Virus record (IMG/VR): IMGVR_UViG_3300044528_000038
Coordinates: 1-36,871 of that record
Strand: one strand, 5' to 3'
From: a virus
Taxonomy: Duplodnaviria > Caudoviricetes
Length of the DNA stretch: 36,871 bases
Shown here one piece after another: positions 8,851 to 17,961 of the stretch (its first letter is position 1; each line of letters begins with the position of its first letter). The notes under the pieces are model-generated. The model did no database searches and had not been told where the DNA came from. It saw nothing but the letters and a program-made list of their open reading frames with translations. Position numbers and translations under genes: made by a program.

Positions 8851-10493
8851 GGTCGTTCGGGATCACGAACCTCGCGCCCTGGCCCGCCGCTCCGCCGGTC
8901 GGGCCTGCCGGGGACACGTACTACGACACCGCGCTCGGCGAGGCGTTCATCAGCGACGGCAACGCGTGGCAGCCGCTCGGGGTCGAGGGACCGCCCGGGC
9001 CGCCCGGCACCGCCACGCCGGTCACGAATTTTCGTGCATTTCGTAACGCCGCGATGAACCTCACGACGACCGCCAACGCGATCGTGACGATGGACTCGGT
9101 TTCGTGGAACACGGACCCCGCGAGTTGGGCCGCCGGGGTCTACACCGTGCCGCGCGCGGGCCGGTACCGGGTCACCGTGCAGATCGTCGCGAACACGGCG
9201 AGCGCGGCGCAGTTCATCAACGCCGGGCTCTCCCGGAACGGCACCCTGGTCGGCCGGGTCACGTCTTCGTTCGGGACGGCGAACGCGGCGCAGACGCACA
9301 CCGCGCAGTACGTCGACACCGTCGAGTGTGTCGCGGGCGACCAGCTCCGGCCGCTCGGGTGGGCCTCCGCCGCGATCGCGGTCCAGGTCGGGACCAGCCT
9401 CACCTTTATGACCGTCGACATGCTCGGCGGCGGAGGTCCGCCCGGTCCCGCGGGCGCGGACGGAGCGGCCGGTCAGAACGGCGCGGATTCGACGGTGCCC
9501 GGTCCGCCCGGCCCGCCGGGCGCGCAAGGCGACCCCGGCCCGCCCGGTCCCGGTGTCCCGGCGGGCGGAACGATGGGTCAGGTGCTGACCCGCACGGGCT
9601 TCGCCGCGGGCGTCATCGACTGGGCGAACCTCGTTCTCCCCACGGTCAGCGCCACGGTCGCGACCGACTTCAACGCGTGCACCGCGAGCGGCTTCTACCA
9701 GATCAATCAGTTCGCGACGAACGGCCCGCCGTTCCTCGGCCAAGGGACCGCGCCCGCCGTGGCCGGCACGCTCACCGTCGTGGCGCAGAGCACGACCGAA
9801 CTCGTGCAGGTCTGGCAGCTCCGCAATACGGGCGCGGCGGACCCGGCTCGGCTTTGGATTCGCTCGTGTACCGGCGGGGCGTGGCGGCCGTGGACCAGCG
9901 TGCTCGGTGACCGCTATCCCGCCGCCGACTGCAACACCCTCGAACAGCACAACGGGACGTGGCGGACGAACGCGACGACACTGAACGCGCCGGTCGCGGC
10001 CAACGGCATCGTGACCACGACGTGGTTCGGGCAGGCCGCGCAACCCGTGTCGCAGTTTTGGGTGGGCGGCAGTCCGACCCCGATGCTGTTCTGGCGAGCC
10101 TTCGCGGGTTCGGCGTGGTCGGCGTGGACGCAGCTCGCGGGGCCGCTCGCGTGGACGAACGTCGCCACCGCGGGTTATGTCGCGACGGGGATCACGGCGG
10201 GGTCGCCGCCGCCGACGATCGCCCGCGTCGGCAACATCGTCTATCTCCAAGGGCAGTTGACGGTGGCGAGCCTGCCCTTCACGAGCGGCACGCTCACGCT
10301 GATGACGCTGCCCGCCGAGTGGCGACCGCTCCAACACCGCTACGTCGACATGCTGGCGATGAGCGCGACGGTGCGAGCTGTCGTGTCGGCGACGGTCAAC
10401 TTCTCGTCCGGGTCGGTGATGATCCTCGATCCGCTCGTGCCCGCGGTCGGCGCGATGACCGCGGTGCGACTCTCGGGGAGCTACCCGATATGA
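8847..10493 (+). CDS. Fibre/receptor-binding protein: collagen, C1q-like, pyocin-knob-like and RBP-head domains
   Basis: ATG8847 coupled. GPPG repeats, C1q-like FRAF...GVYTVPRAGRYRV, knob-like DFNACTASGFY and DCNTL..NGTW, head RVGNIVYLQG...TLPAEWRP. Confidence 0.8.
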   Translation: MRSFGITNLAPWPAAPPVGPAGDTYYDTALGEAFISDGNAWQPLGVEGPPGPPGTATPVTNFRAFRNAAMNLTTTANAIVTMDSVSWNTDPASWAAGVYTVPRAGRYRVTVQIVANTASAAQFINAGLSRNGTLVGRVTSSFGTANAAQTHTAQYVDTVECVAGDQLRPLGWASAAIAVQVGTSLTFMTVDMLGGGGPPGPAGADGAAGQNGADSTVPGPPGPPGAQGDPGPPGPGVPAGGTMGQVLTRTGFAAGVIDWANLVLPTVSATVATDFNACTASGFYQINQFATNGPPFLGQGTAPAVAGTLTVVAQSTTELVQVWQLRNTGAADPARLWIRSCTGGAWRPWTSVLGDRYPAADCNTLEQHNGTWRTNATTLNAPVAANGIVTTTWFGQAAQPVSQFWVGGSPTPMLFWRAFAGSAWSAWTQLAGPLAWTNVATAGYVATGITAGSPPPTIARVGNIVYLQGQLTVASLPFTSGTLTLMTLPAEWRPLQHRYVDMLAMSATVRAVVSATVNFSSGSVMILDPLVPAVGAMTAVRLSGSYPI

Positions 10494-10825
10494 GCGTCGA
10501 GTACCGCCCGGAGACCGGCCGCGGGTCCGGGATCGACCGGCTCCTCCGGAGCCCGGGGATGGGGCGCTTCATGTCCGGGGTCGGGACGTACGCGGCCGCG
10601 GCCGCGCGCCAGGCCTCCACGACGCCGGGGCAGATCGCGGTCTCGATCGGGACGGGGATCGACGGACGGCGGGCCGCCTTCGTGACGAATCAGGCCGCCG
10701 ACGCGCGCTTCCAGGAATTCGGCGGCGGGCGCGGTCGGCGTCCGGCGTCACGACCGCTCGGCCGCGCGCTCGACGCCATCCGGGCGGCGGACCCGAACCG
10801 CCGGCGAGGCCGGAGCTCACGGTGA
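10490..10825 (+). CDS. Neck/tail-completion protein (HK97 gp10-like)
   Basis: GIDRLLRSPG...AFVTN...ARFQEFG...RPLGRALD. ATGA coupling; sits before the terminator. Confidence 0.7.
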   Translation: MSVEYRPETGRGSGIDRLLRSPGMGRFMSGVGTYAAAAARQASTTPGQIAVSIGTGIDGRRAAFVTNQAADARFQEFGGGRGRRPASRPLGRALDAIRAADPNRRRGRSSR

Positions 10826-11268
10826 GCCGATACCTCGACACCGCGGTCCGCCCGGACATCGACGTGGACTTGGCGCTGCGCGCCGTCCTCCAGCACGCGC
10901 TCGCCGGGACCGGCGTGCGGGTCGACCCCGCGTTCCCGGGTCCGGACCGGCTCCCGTCCGTCTCCGCCACGCGCTCCGGAGGGATCCCGGACTGGCCGCC
11001 GGGCGCGATCGACCGGCCCCGCGTCGATATCAACACCTGGGCAGAGAAGCGCCAGGAGGCGAGCGACCTCGCCCGGGAGACGGTCGCATACCTCAAGTCG
11101 TGCGAAGGCGACACGATCACCTTCGGCGACGGCACCCGGTTCGTCCTCGCCGCGGTCGATACCGCGGCCGGGCTCTTCATCGACCAGGACGCATCGACGT
11201 CCCAGGGCATCTACCGGGGCGTGACCTCGGTCGTGCTCACGATTCACCAGCGATCCCCTATGCGATAG
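10822..11268 (+). CDS. Tail terminator protein
   Basis: TRSGG...IDRPRVDINTWA..RQEASDLA motif. Sits immediately before the major tail gene. Confidence 0.8.
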   Translation: MSRYLDTAVRPDIDVDLALRAVLQHALAGTGVRVDPAFPGPDRLPSVSATRSGGIPDWPPGAIDRPRVDINTWAEKRQEASDLARETVAYLKSCEGDTITFGDGTRFVLAAVDTAAGLFIDQDASTSQGIYRGVTSVVLTIHQRSPMR

Positions 11269-11278
11269 GAGCAACACC

Positions 11279-11929
11279 ATGACGCAAACCGAACCGGAGA
11301 CCGTTCCCGGTCTCGACTCCGACCAGCTCGTCGTCGGTATCGCCCGCGGCCCCGGTATCTGGGTCGCCCCGATCGGGACGGAGATGCCGGCCGACATCGA
11401 CGAGGACTTCGGCGAAGGCTGGGACTCGCTCGGCTACGCGAGCGAGGACGGCCCGACCGTCGCGACCTCGACCGACTCCGAGGACATCCGGGGCTGGCAG
11501 GCCCTCGGCGTCCTGCGGTCCCTCATCACCGGCCGCACCGTCACGATCCAGTTCCAGCTCATGCAGTGGAACGCCCGGAACCTCGGCCTGTACTGGGACA
11601 TCGACGCGCCCACGATCGAGGCGGACGGGTCCTTCGCCTTCCCGGTCCGCAGCGACCAGGCCGGGCAGCGCCACCAGATCGGCATCGACGTGAAGGACGG
11701 CGACAACGAGATCCGGCTCGTGTTCCCGCGGACGCAGCTCAACGCCGCGGGCGACATGCAGTTCCAGCGTTCCGCCGCCGCCCTGATGGACGTGACGTTC
11801 GCCGCGCTGGAGGACGCCGGGCGGCTCGTGGAGGTCATGGGCCGCGTGCCCTCGATCAACGCCGAGCCGTTCTCCGCCGCGATTCCCGCCGCCTCCGGCG
11901 GAGGGTCGAGCGCGAGTCCGCTGCTGTGA
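11279..11929 (+). CDS. Major tail (tube) protein
   Basis: IWVAPIGT.MP...WDSLGYASEDG...DIRGWQ motifs of actinophage tail tube proteins. SD AGGAG. Confidence 0.92.
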   Translation: MTQTEPETVPGLDSDQLVVGIARGPGIWVAPIGTEMPADIDEDFGEGWDSLGYASEDGPTVATSTDSEDIRGWQALGVLRSLITGRTVTIQFQLMQWNARNLGLYWDIDAPTIEADGSFAFPVRSDQAGQRHQIGIDVKDGDNEIRLVFPRTQLNAAGDMQFQRSAAALMDVTFAALEDAGRLVEVMGRVPSINAEPFSAAIPAASGGGSSASPLL

Positions 11930-12309
11930 CGGCGACGAACGGGTCCGCGCCCGGCGAGTTCGACCTCGCCGGGTACCGGGCCGCGCACGCGGAGGCGACG
12001 CACAAGACCTTTCGGGTCGTCCTCGGGACACAGACGAACGAGGACGGGACCGAGCACGAGGATGTGGTCGAGTTTCCGGAGCAGTCGCAGTGGAGTCTCG
12101 ACGCGCAAGACCTCATGGCGCAGGGCGACATCGTGGGTGCGCTCACGGAACTGCTCGGGCCGGAGCAGACCGTGTTGTTCCGGTCGTATCACTGGAACGG
12201 CGGCGAGGTGCTCGCCCTCTTCGAGGCCCTGTCCAAGTTCTCGGGTTTCGGGACGGGTCAGCTCTCGTCGCGGCCACGCGTGCCCGAGCTGACCCGAAGG
12301 TTGAGCTAG
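11926..12309 (+). CDS. Tail assembly chaperone (G form)
   Basis: GTG11926 coupled to the major tail stop. Lies between major tail and tape measure. Confidence 0.85.
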   Translation: MTATNGSAPGEFDLAGYRAAHAEATHKTFRVVLGTQTNEDGTEHEDVVEFPEQSQWSLDAQDLMAQGDIVGALTELLGPEQTVLFRSYHWNGGEVLALFEALSKFSGFGTGQLSSRPRVPELTRRLS

Positions 12310-12641
12310 CCCTCCTCCGGGGCTACGGGATCGACGTGCTGGACCCCGCCGTGACGCCACGACGCATTGCGAACGCGCTCGCCGCTCTGCCGGCGGGCTG
12401 CTGGCCGGAGCCGGACCATCCCGGCTCGTGGAGCATCACGGACCACCTCCTCGCCACGCTCATCGACGAGGTCCGGCAACTGACCTGGCTCACCGCCCGG
12501 GTCGGCGGTTCCAAGAACGCGCCGCGCCCCGAGCCCATAGCGCGCCCGGGCGCGAAGGCGGCGGCGCAGGTCACGAAGCCTCGCCAGAGTTGGGGCGACT
12601 TCGCGCGCCAGCTCGTAGGGATCGCGAAGCGCAATGGCTGA
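11926..12641 (+). CDS. Tail assembly chaperone, -1 frameshifted (GT form)
   Basis: In-frame G GGT TTC at 12243-12249. The -1 frame is open to 12641 and encodes VELALLRGYGIDV...WSITDHLLA...PEPIARPG, typical of GT extensions. Confidence 0.85.
12243..12296 (+). other. Programmed -1 ribosomal frameshift signal
   Basis: Slippery GGGTTTC followed 4 nt later by a perfect 11-bp stem CGGGTCAGCTC(12254-12264)/GAGCTGACCCG(12286-12296). Confidence 0.85.
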
Positions 12642-15600
12642 CGGGTTCGTCGGGGCCGCGTACGTCCAGATCCAGCCGTCGTTCGTCGGCTTCCAGCAGC
12701 AGGTCGGCCGCGAGATCGGCCGCTCGATGTCGACCGTGGGTCGTGACGCCGGACGGCAGCTCTCCCGGGAGATGTCCCGCTCGGTCGGCAACGGCCGGGA
12801 CCTCATCCCCCGGCGCGGCATGGCGAGCGAGGCGCAGTCCGCCGGGCAGGAGGTGGCGTCCAAGCTCGGCGGCGCGCTCGGGCGGATCAGCGTCACCGGT
12901 CTCGAGAAGGTCGGGGACGCCCTCCGCACGATGGGCCGGACCGCGGCGACCGCGGCCGGGGTCGCGACCGCCGCGATGGTGGGGTTCGCGGCCGCCAACG
13001 TCCAGACCTACGTCAAGGCGCAGCAGTTCGAGAACGCCCTGAGCCTCGTGGGCAAGCAGATGGGCGTCTCGAACGTGACCATCAACGACGGCATCCGGCG
13101 CATGGTCGGCCTCGGCTCCTCCACCCAGAACGCCCGCGAAGTGATGATGCAGTTCGTCCGGACCGGCGGCAACGCGGCCGACGCCTGGCGTCTCTACGCC
13201 CGGGCCGAGGACATCGCGGTCACGACCGGACAGACCGGCAACGAGGTCATCCAGGAGCTCATCTACGGACTCCAGAGCGGGAACACGAACCTCCGCATCT
13301 TCCGGCAGTTCAACATCAACGCCACTGACGCGCAGGCGACGTTCGCGGCCTCGATCGGCAAGTCCAAGGATCAGCTCACCGACGCCGAGAAGCAGACGGC
13401 CCTCTTCAACGCGGTCATGGCGAAAACCGGCAACATCGCCGGGATCGCCGGCAAGATGCTCCAGGAGGGACCCTTCAACTGGGCCGCCATGCAGGCCCCG
13501 ATCCAGAACCTCCGGGAGGCGGTCGGCGGCTGGCTCGAACCGGCGTTCACGCTCGTGGGCCGGTCGGTGTTCCAGTTCACCCGGGAGCTGACCGCCGCGA
13601 TCATGGAGGGCGGCAAGTTCTATCCCGTGGTCCAGACGATCCGGGAGATGTTCAAGAGCCTGGCGCAGCCCATCGCCAATATCATCCAGCGGTTCCGCGA
13701 CTTCATCGCGAACGTCAGTACGGATCAGGTCAAGGCGTTCGCGGGGTCCCTCAAGGAACTGGCTCCGCTCATCCCCGCGGTCGGGGCGGCGCTGATGGTC
13801 TTCGCGGGACGGAACCTCACGCAGAGCATCCCCGTGATCGGGCAGCTCGCCCAGGGCCTGAACCCGGTCACCGCCGCGTTCCTCGGCCTCGTGCTCGGGA
13901 TGCCGGAGGTCCGGAGTGCGTTTACGCAACTGCTGCGCGCGATCGTCCCGCTCCTCCAGCCGCTCCTCCAGCTCGCCCGGGTCGCGCTCGGTCAGCTCGC
14001 GGCGATGGTGCTCAAGCTGGTCCAGGGCGCGCTCCCGATCTTCACCCGGCTCATCGGCGCGCTGATGCCTATCGTGGGCCGACTCGTCCCGGTCGTGCTC
14101 GCGTTCGTGGACGCCCTCGGCGGCGCGCTCATCGACGCGCTCGACGCGCTCCTCCCGCTCCTCCCCAGCCTGGCCGACCTCGCGGTCGCGCTGTTGCCCT
14201 CACTCGTCTCCGCGGCAAGGGATCTACTCCCGGTCGCCGTCGACATGCTGCGCACGATCATGCCGCTCGTGTCGGTCGTCGCGCTGATGGCGAAAGGGTT
14301 CCTCGACCTCATTACGCCGATCAAGCCCCTCTCCACGCTGCTCGGCGTCATGCTCGTCGGCGCGTTCATCGCCTGGAAGCTCTCGATGCTCGGCAACCCG
14401 TGGATCATGGGCGCGACGCTCATCATCGGCGGACTGATGGCGCTGTGGAACCTCTGCAAGCCCCTCGCCATCGCCATCGGTCTCGTGGCCGCCGCGTTCG
14501 CCCTCTGGGCCTTCTGGTCCACCGTCCTGAACGCCATCCCGATCGTCGCCGTAATCGCCGGGATTCTGCTCGCCGTCATGGCCCTCGTCGCCGGGATCGT
14601 CTGGCTGGTCCGGAACTGGAGCACCGTCTGGGGTGTCATCCTCTCCGTCGTGCAGGCGGTCTGGAACTGGATCGCGAACAACTGGAAGCTGCTCACCGTC
14701 ATCCTGCTCGCGCCGATAGCGCTCCCGCTCGCGGTGGCGGCCGCCCTGTTTTTCATCTTCCGGGATCAGATCGTGGCGGTGTTCGGCGTGATCTGGCGGA
14801 CGATTCAGTGGGTATGGGCCGCCGTCCTCCGGCCCGTGTTCGCCGCCATCGGGACGGCCTTTACCGCCGCGGCCAACGCCATCAAGTGGGCGTGGGCGGC
14901 GATCATCCAGCCGACGATCAACGTCCTCTGGACGATCTTCCGGGTCGTGATCGCCCTCTGGCTCCTCCCGCTATTCCTCCAGTTCCGGCTCGCGTGGTGG
15001 GCGGTGTCGACCGGGTTCGCCTGGGCGTGGAACAACGTCATCCGGCCCGCCATCAACGCGCTCGTCACCGTGTTCACATGGATGTGGCAGAACATCGTGC
15101 AGCCGATTTTCAACGCGTTCCGCTGGGTCTGGAATCAGGTCGCGACGACGTTCGCGTTCTACTGGAACAACATCATCCGGCCCGCCTGGAACGCGTTGTC
15201 GGCCGCGATTTCGTTCGCGTGGAACAACGTCATCCACCCGATCTTCGCCCGCATCCAGCAGGTATGGACCGCGGTCGGCAACACGATCCGCTGGATTATC
15301 AACAACGTCGTGCTCCCGGCGTGGGAGGTATTCAAGGGCGGCATCCGCACGGTCCGGGACGTGTTCGTGCGCATCGTCGACATCATCGGCACGACCTGGG
15401 ACAAGATCCGGGCGTTTTTCCGCGCGCCCGTGAAGTGGGTGGTCAACTACGCGATCAACCCGCTCATCCGCGGGGCGAACCTCATCCTCCGGCCGCTGAA
15501 CCTCGCGGTAGACGAGATCAAAGGCTTCCGGCGCGGCGGTCGTGTCCCCGGCGGCTGGGGCGGCGGCGACCGGGTCCCGATCCTGGCGGAGCCCGGCGAG

Positions 15601-16896
15601 TGGGTACTCACGAAACGCCAGGCCCGGGCGATCGGCTACGGCCGGCTGCGCGGACTCCCCGGCTACGCCCGCGGCGGGATGGTCGAGGGCCCGATGGCGC
15701 GGCTCCCGAGCCTCGGGGACGCCTGGGAAGGGGCGAAGCGGTTCGGTCGCGGCGCGCTCGACTTCGGCGGCGAGCTGGTCAACAAGGCCACGAACCTCAT
15801 CCGCTTCGCGGCGTTCAAGGCGTTCGAGACCTTCACGCAACCGTTCCGCGACTTCCTGGAGCGCGTCATCGTCCCCCGCCTCGGGACCGGCGACTGGTTC
15901 GGCGGCGCGATGGGCAAGTACGGGATCTATCTGCTCGACAAGCTCCTCGATTGGGTGCGCGGCAAGTCCGAGTCCGAGGACGCCACCGGGTTCGGGATGG
16001 GCATCGATGAGATCGTGGCGCAGGTCCGCGCGCACTTCCCGCAGCTCGTGGTCACGTCGGCGCTCCGGCCCGGGGACACGAAGAGCTACCACTCCAAGAA
16101 CCTCGCCCGTGACCTCGGCGGCCCCGTTCCGGTCATGGCGGCCGCCGGCAGTTGGATCCAGGCCACGCTCGCGGCCGCGCTCCTCGAAGGGATCCACAAC
16201 CCGACGCTCTCGGTGAAGGACGGCAAGATCGTCCCGGCGTCCCTCTGGGGTCCCGCGACCTGGGCCGGGCACCGGGACCACATTCACCTCGCGGCGGAGG
16301 CCGCGATCGCGACCGCGGGCGGCTCGGTCGGCGAATGGCTGGCGCAGGCCATCCGGATCACGGGCGTCAACCCCGCGATCTGGAGCCAGGCGGTGGCGTA
16401 TCAGATCCAGCGGGAGAGCGGCGGCAACGTCCGGGCGATCAACGGCTGGGACATCAACGCGCAGAAAGGGACGCCCTCGAAAGGCCTGATGCAGGTCATC
16501 GACCCCACGTTCGCCGCCTACCGGGACCCGCGCCTGCCCAACGACATCTGGAATCCCGTCGCGAACATCGCCGCCGCCATCCGCTACATCATGGGCCGCT
16601 ACGGGGCGAACCCCCACAGCCTCGGGCGCTGGCGTCCGGGCGGCGGCTACGACGCCGGAGGCTGGCTCCCGCCCGGCGCGTCGATCGCGATCAACAACAC
16701 GGGGCGGCCGGAGCCGGTCCTCACGGCCCGGCAGTGGGACGACCTCCTCGCCTCCTCCGGCCCCGGCGACGACATGCGCCCCGTAGTCGAGCTCCTCCGC
16801 CGGATCGCCGCGGCGGCGGAGGCGGGAACGACCGTCGTGATCGACGGCCGGGAGGTCGCCCGGGTCGTGGACCGCGAGATCGGCTGGATCGCCTAA
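12634..16896 (+). CDS. Tape measure protein with C-terminal peptidase-like and lytic transglycosylase domains
   Basis: 1420 aa. VGAAYVQIQPS start, hydrophobic segment, W-spaced helical repeats, YHSKNLARD...HRDHIH, RESGGN...GLMQ, GYDAGGWLPPG. Confidence 0.95.
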   Translation: MADGFVGAAYVQIQPSFVGFQQQVGREIGRSMSTVGRDAGRQLSREMSRSVGNGRDLIPRRGMASEAQSAGQEVASKLGGALGRISVTGLEKVGDALRTMGRTAATAAGVATAAMVGFAAANVQTYVKAQQFENALSLVGKQMGVSNVTINDGIRRMVGLGSSTQNAREVMMQFVRTGGNAADAWRLYARAEDIAVTTGQTGNEVIQELIYGLQSGNTNLRIFRQFNINATDAQATFAASIGKSKDQLTDAEKQTALFNAVMAKTGNIAGIAGKMLQEGPFNWAAMQAPIQNLREAVGGWLEPAFTLVGRSVFQFTRELTAAIMEGGKFYPVVQTIREMFKSLAQPIANIIQRFRDFIANVSTDQVKAFAGSLKELAPLIPAVGAALMVFAGRNLTQSIPVIGQLAQGLNPVTAAFLGLVLGMPEVRSAFTQLLRAIVPLLQPLLQLARVALGQLAAMVLKLVQGALPIFTRLIGALMPIVGRLVPVVLAFVDALGGALIDALDALLPLLPSLADLAVALLPSLVSAARDLLPVAVDMLRTIMPLVSVVALMAKGFLDLITPIKPLSTLLGVMLVGAFIAWKLSMLGNPWIMGATLIIGGLMALWNLCKPLAIAIGLVAAAFALWAFWSTVLNAIPIVAVIAGILLAVMALVAGIVWLVRNWSTVWGVILSVVQAVWNWIANNWKLLTVILLAPIALPLAVAAALFFIFRDQIVAVFGVIWRTIQWVWAAVLRPVFAAIGTAFTAAANAIKWAWAAIIQPTINVLWTIFRVVIALWLLPLFLQFRLAWWAVSTGFAWAWNNVIRPAINALVTVFTWMWQNIVQPIFNAFRWVWNQVATTFAFYWNNIIRPAWNALSAAISFAWNNVIHPIFARIQQVWTAVGNTIRWIINNVVLPAWEVFKGGIRTVRDVFVRIVDIIGTTWDKIRAFFRAPVKWVVNYAINPLIRGANLILRPLNLAVDEIKGFRRGGRVPGGWGGGDRVPILAEPGEWVLTKRQARAIGYGRLRGLPGYARGGMVEGPMARLPSLGDAWEGAKRFGRGALDFGGELVNKATNLIRFAAFKAFETFTQPFRDFLERVIVPRLGTGDWFGGAMGKYGIYLLDKLLDWVRGKSESEDATGFGMGIDEIVAQVRAHFPQLVVTSALRPGDTKSYHSKNLARDLGGPVPVMAAAGSWIQATLAAALLEGIHNPTLSVKDGKIVPASLWGPATWAGHRDHIHLAAEAAIATAGGSVGEWLAQAIRITGVNPAIWSQAVAYQIQRESGGNVRAINGWDINAQKGTPSKGLMQVIDPTFAAYRDPRLPNDIWNPVANIAAAIRYIMGRYGANPHSLGRWRPGGGYDAGGWLPPGASIAINNTGRPEPVLTARQWDDLLASSGPGDDMRPVVELLRRIAAAAEAGTTVVIDGREVARVVDREIGWIA

Positions 16897-16914
16897 GCAC
16901 GAGAGGAGGACGCC

Positions 16915-17109
16915 GTGGCGTCACCGAATCGATTCCGAGTCACACACAAGCCCACCAAGTCGGCCGACCTCGGGAACTGGGCAGTCGTGAACCGCAACAC
17001 CGGGCGGATCATCGCCCGGAAGGGTTCCCGGGACGCGGCGCAGCGGTTCGCCGCCTCCCGCGGTTCCGCGGTCCGCCGGTCCCGCCGGTCCCGAGGCCGA
17101 ACGCCGTGA
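16915..17109 (+). CDS. Small basic hypothetical protein (64 aa)
   Basis: Strong SD GAGAGGAGG before GTG. Stop overlaps the next GTG. Arg-rich tail. Confidence 0.7.
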   Translation: MASPNRFRVTHKPTKSADLGNWAVVNRNTGRIIARKGSRDAAQRFAASRGSAVRRSRRSRGRTP

Positions 17110-17294
17110 CCGTTACCTGGGATTGGGGCGACGGGACCACGACGACGGAGGACGCGATCGCCACGCACACGTTCCCCGACTACAGCGCGCACACGATTAC
17201 GGCGACGGACGGCCCGCTCACCGGCTCCGTCATCGTCCCCGCGCTCCCGCTCTGGGATATCGCCGTCTGGGACACGACCGAATGGGGTGACTGA
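17106..17294 (+). CDS. Mini PKD/Ig-like protein (62 aa)
   Basis: GTGA coupling. TWDWGDGT...ATHTF...HTIT.T is the PKD signature; ends LWDIAVWDTTEWGD. Confidence 0.7.
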   Translation: MTVTWDWGDGTTTTEDAIATHTFPDYSAHTITATDGPLTGSVIVPALPLWDIAVWDTTEWGD

Positions 17295-17295
17295 G

Positions 17296-17961
17296 ATGCC
17301 GACCGGACGCGTACAGATCGCACGGCCCGACGCACAGGGCGCGCCGTTCCCGATCCGCTCCCAGGAATGGGGCAACGTCCTCTGGGACCAGAGCGTGAAC
17401 TGCTTCGCCGACCCCACGGACCGCAACGCGCAGTGGCCGGCACCGCACGAAGGCGCGCTCTGCTACCTGGAGTCGACGGCCCGCCTCTACGTGTTCACCT
17501 CCGGGACCTGGCGGTACGTCCAGGTCGAAGCGCAGCCCCGCGGGATCATCGCCAGCGGCCCGCAGGTCTCCGCCCCCGCCGCGTCCTCGGTCGTTACGAC
17601 GAACAACGTGATCGGCGGGGCGTCGTCGTGGCTGACGACCGGCACGTCCGTCATCACGATCCCGCCCGGCGCGGGCGGCCTGTACCAGGTCCAGCTCGTG
17701 GTCCGGTACATGAGCCCCACCGTGCAGGCCGTGTCGTTCGCGGTCGAGATTGGTCCGGGCGCGGACCGGGCGACGATGGTGCTCGGTGGCCTCGTCCCCT
17801 CCGGGAACCCGATCACGTACCTCCACGGGTCGTGGCTGCGGCAATGTAACGACGCCGACAACTTCCGGGTCTGGTACGTCGGCAACGCGATGACCGGCGG
17901 GCACGCCACGGTGCAGCGGTTCTCCTTCATGCGCGTCGGTGACCAACTGGCGAGCACATGA
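17296..17961 (+). CDS. Minor tail protein
   Basis: FADPTDRNA..PAPHEGALCYL motif of actinophage minor tail proteins and a C1q-like ITIPPGAGGLYQV region. Alternative start GTG17287. Confidence 0.75.
   Translation: MPTGRVQIARPDAQGAPFPIRSQEWGNVLWDQSVNCFADPTDRNAQWPAPHEGALCYLESTARLYVFTSGTWRYVQVEAQPRGIIASGPQVSAPAASSVVTTNNVIGGASSWLTTGTSVITIPPGAGGLYQVQLVVRYMSPTVQAVSFAVEIGPGADRATMVLGGLVPSGNPITYLHGSWLRQCNDADNFRVWYVGNAMTGGHATVQRFSFMRVGDQLAST

Noticed and set aside
17019-17030. Possible -1 frameshift fusing the basic ORF 16915 to the PKD ORF
   Set aside because: G GGT TCC is not a full slippery heptamer, and the GTGA overlap explains the PKD start.
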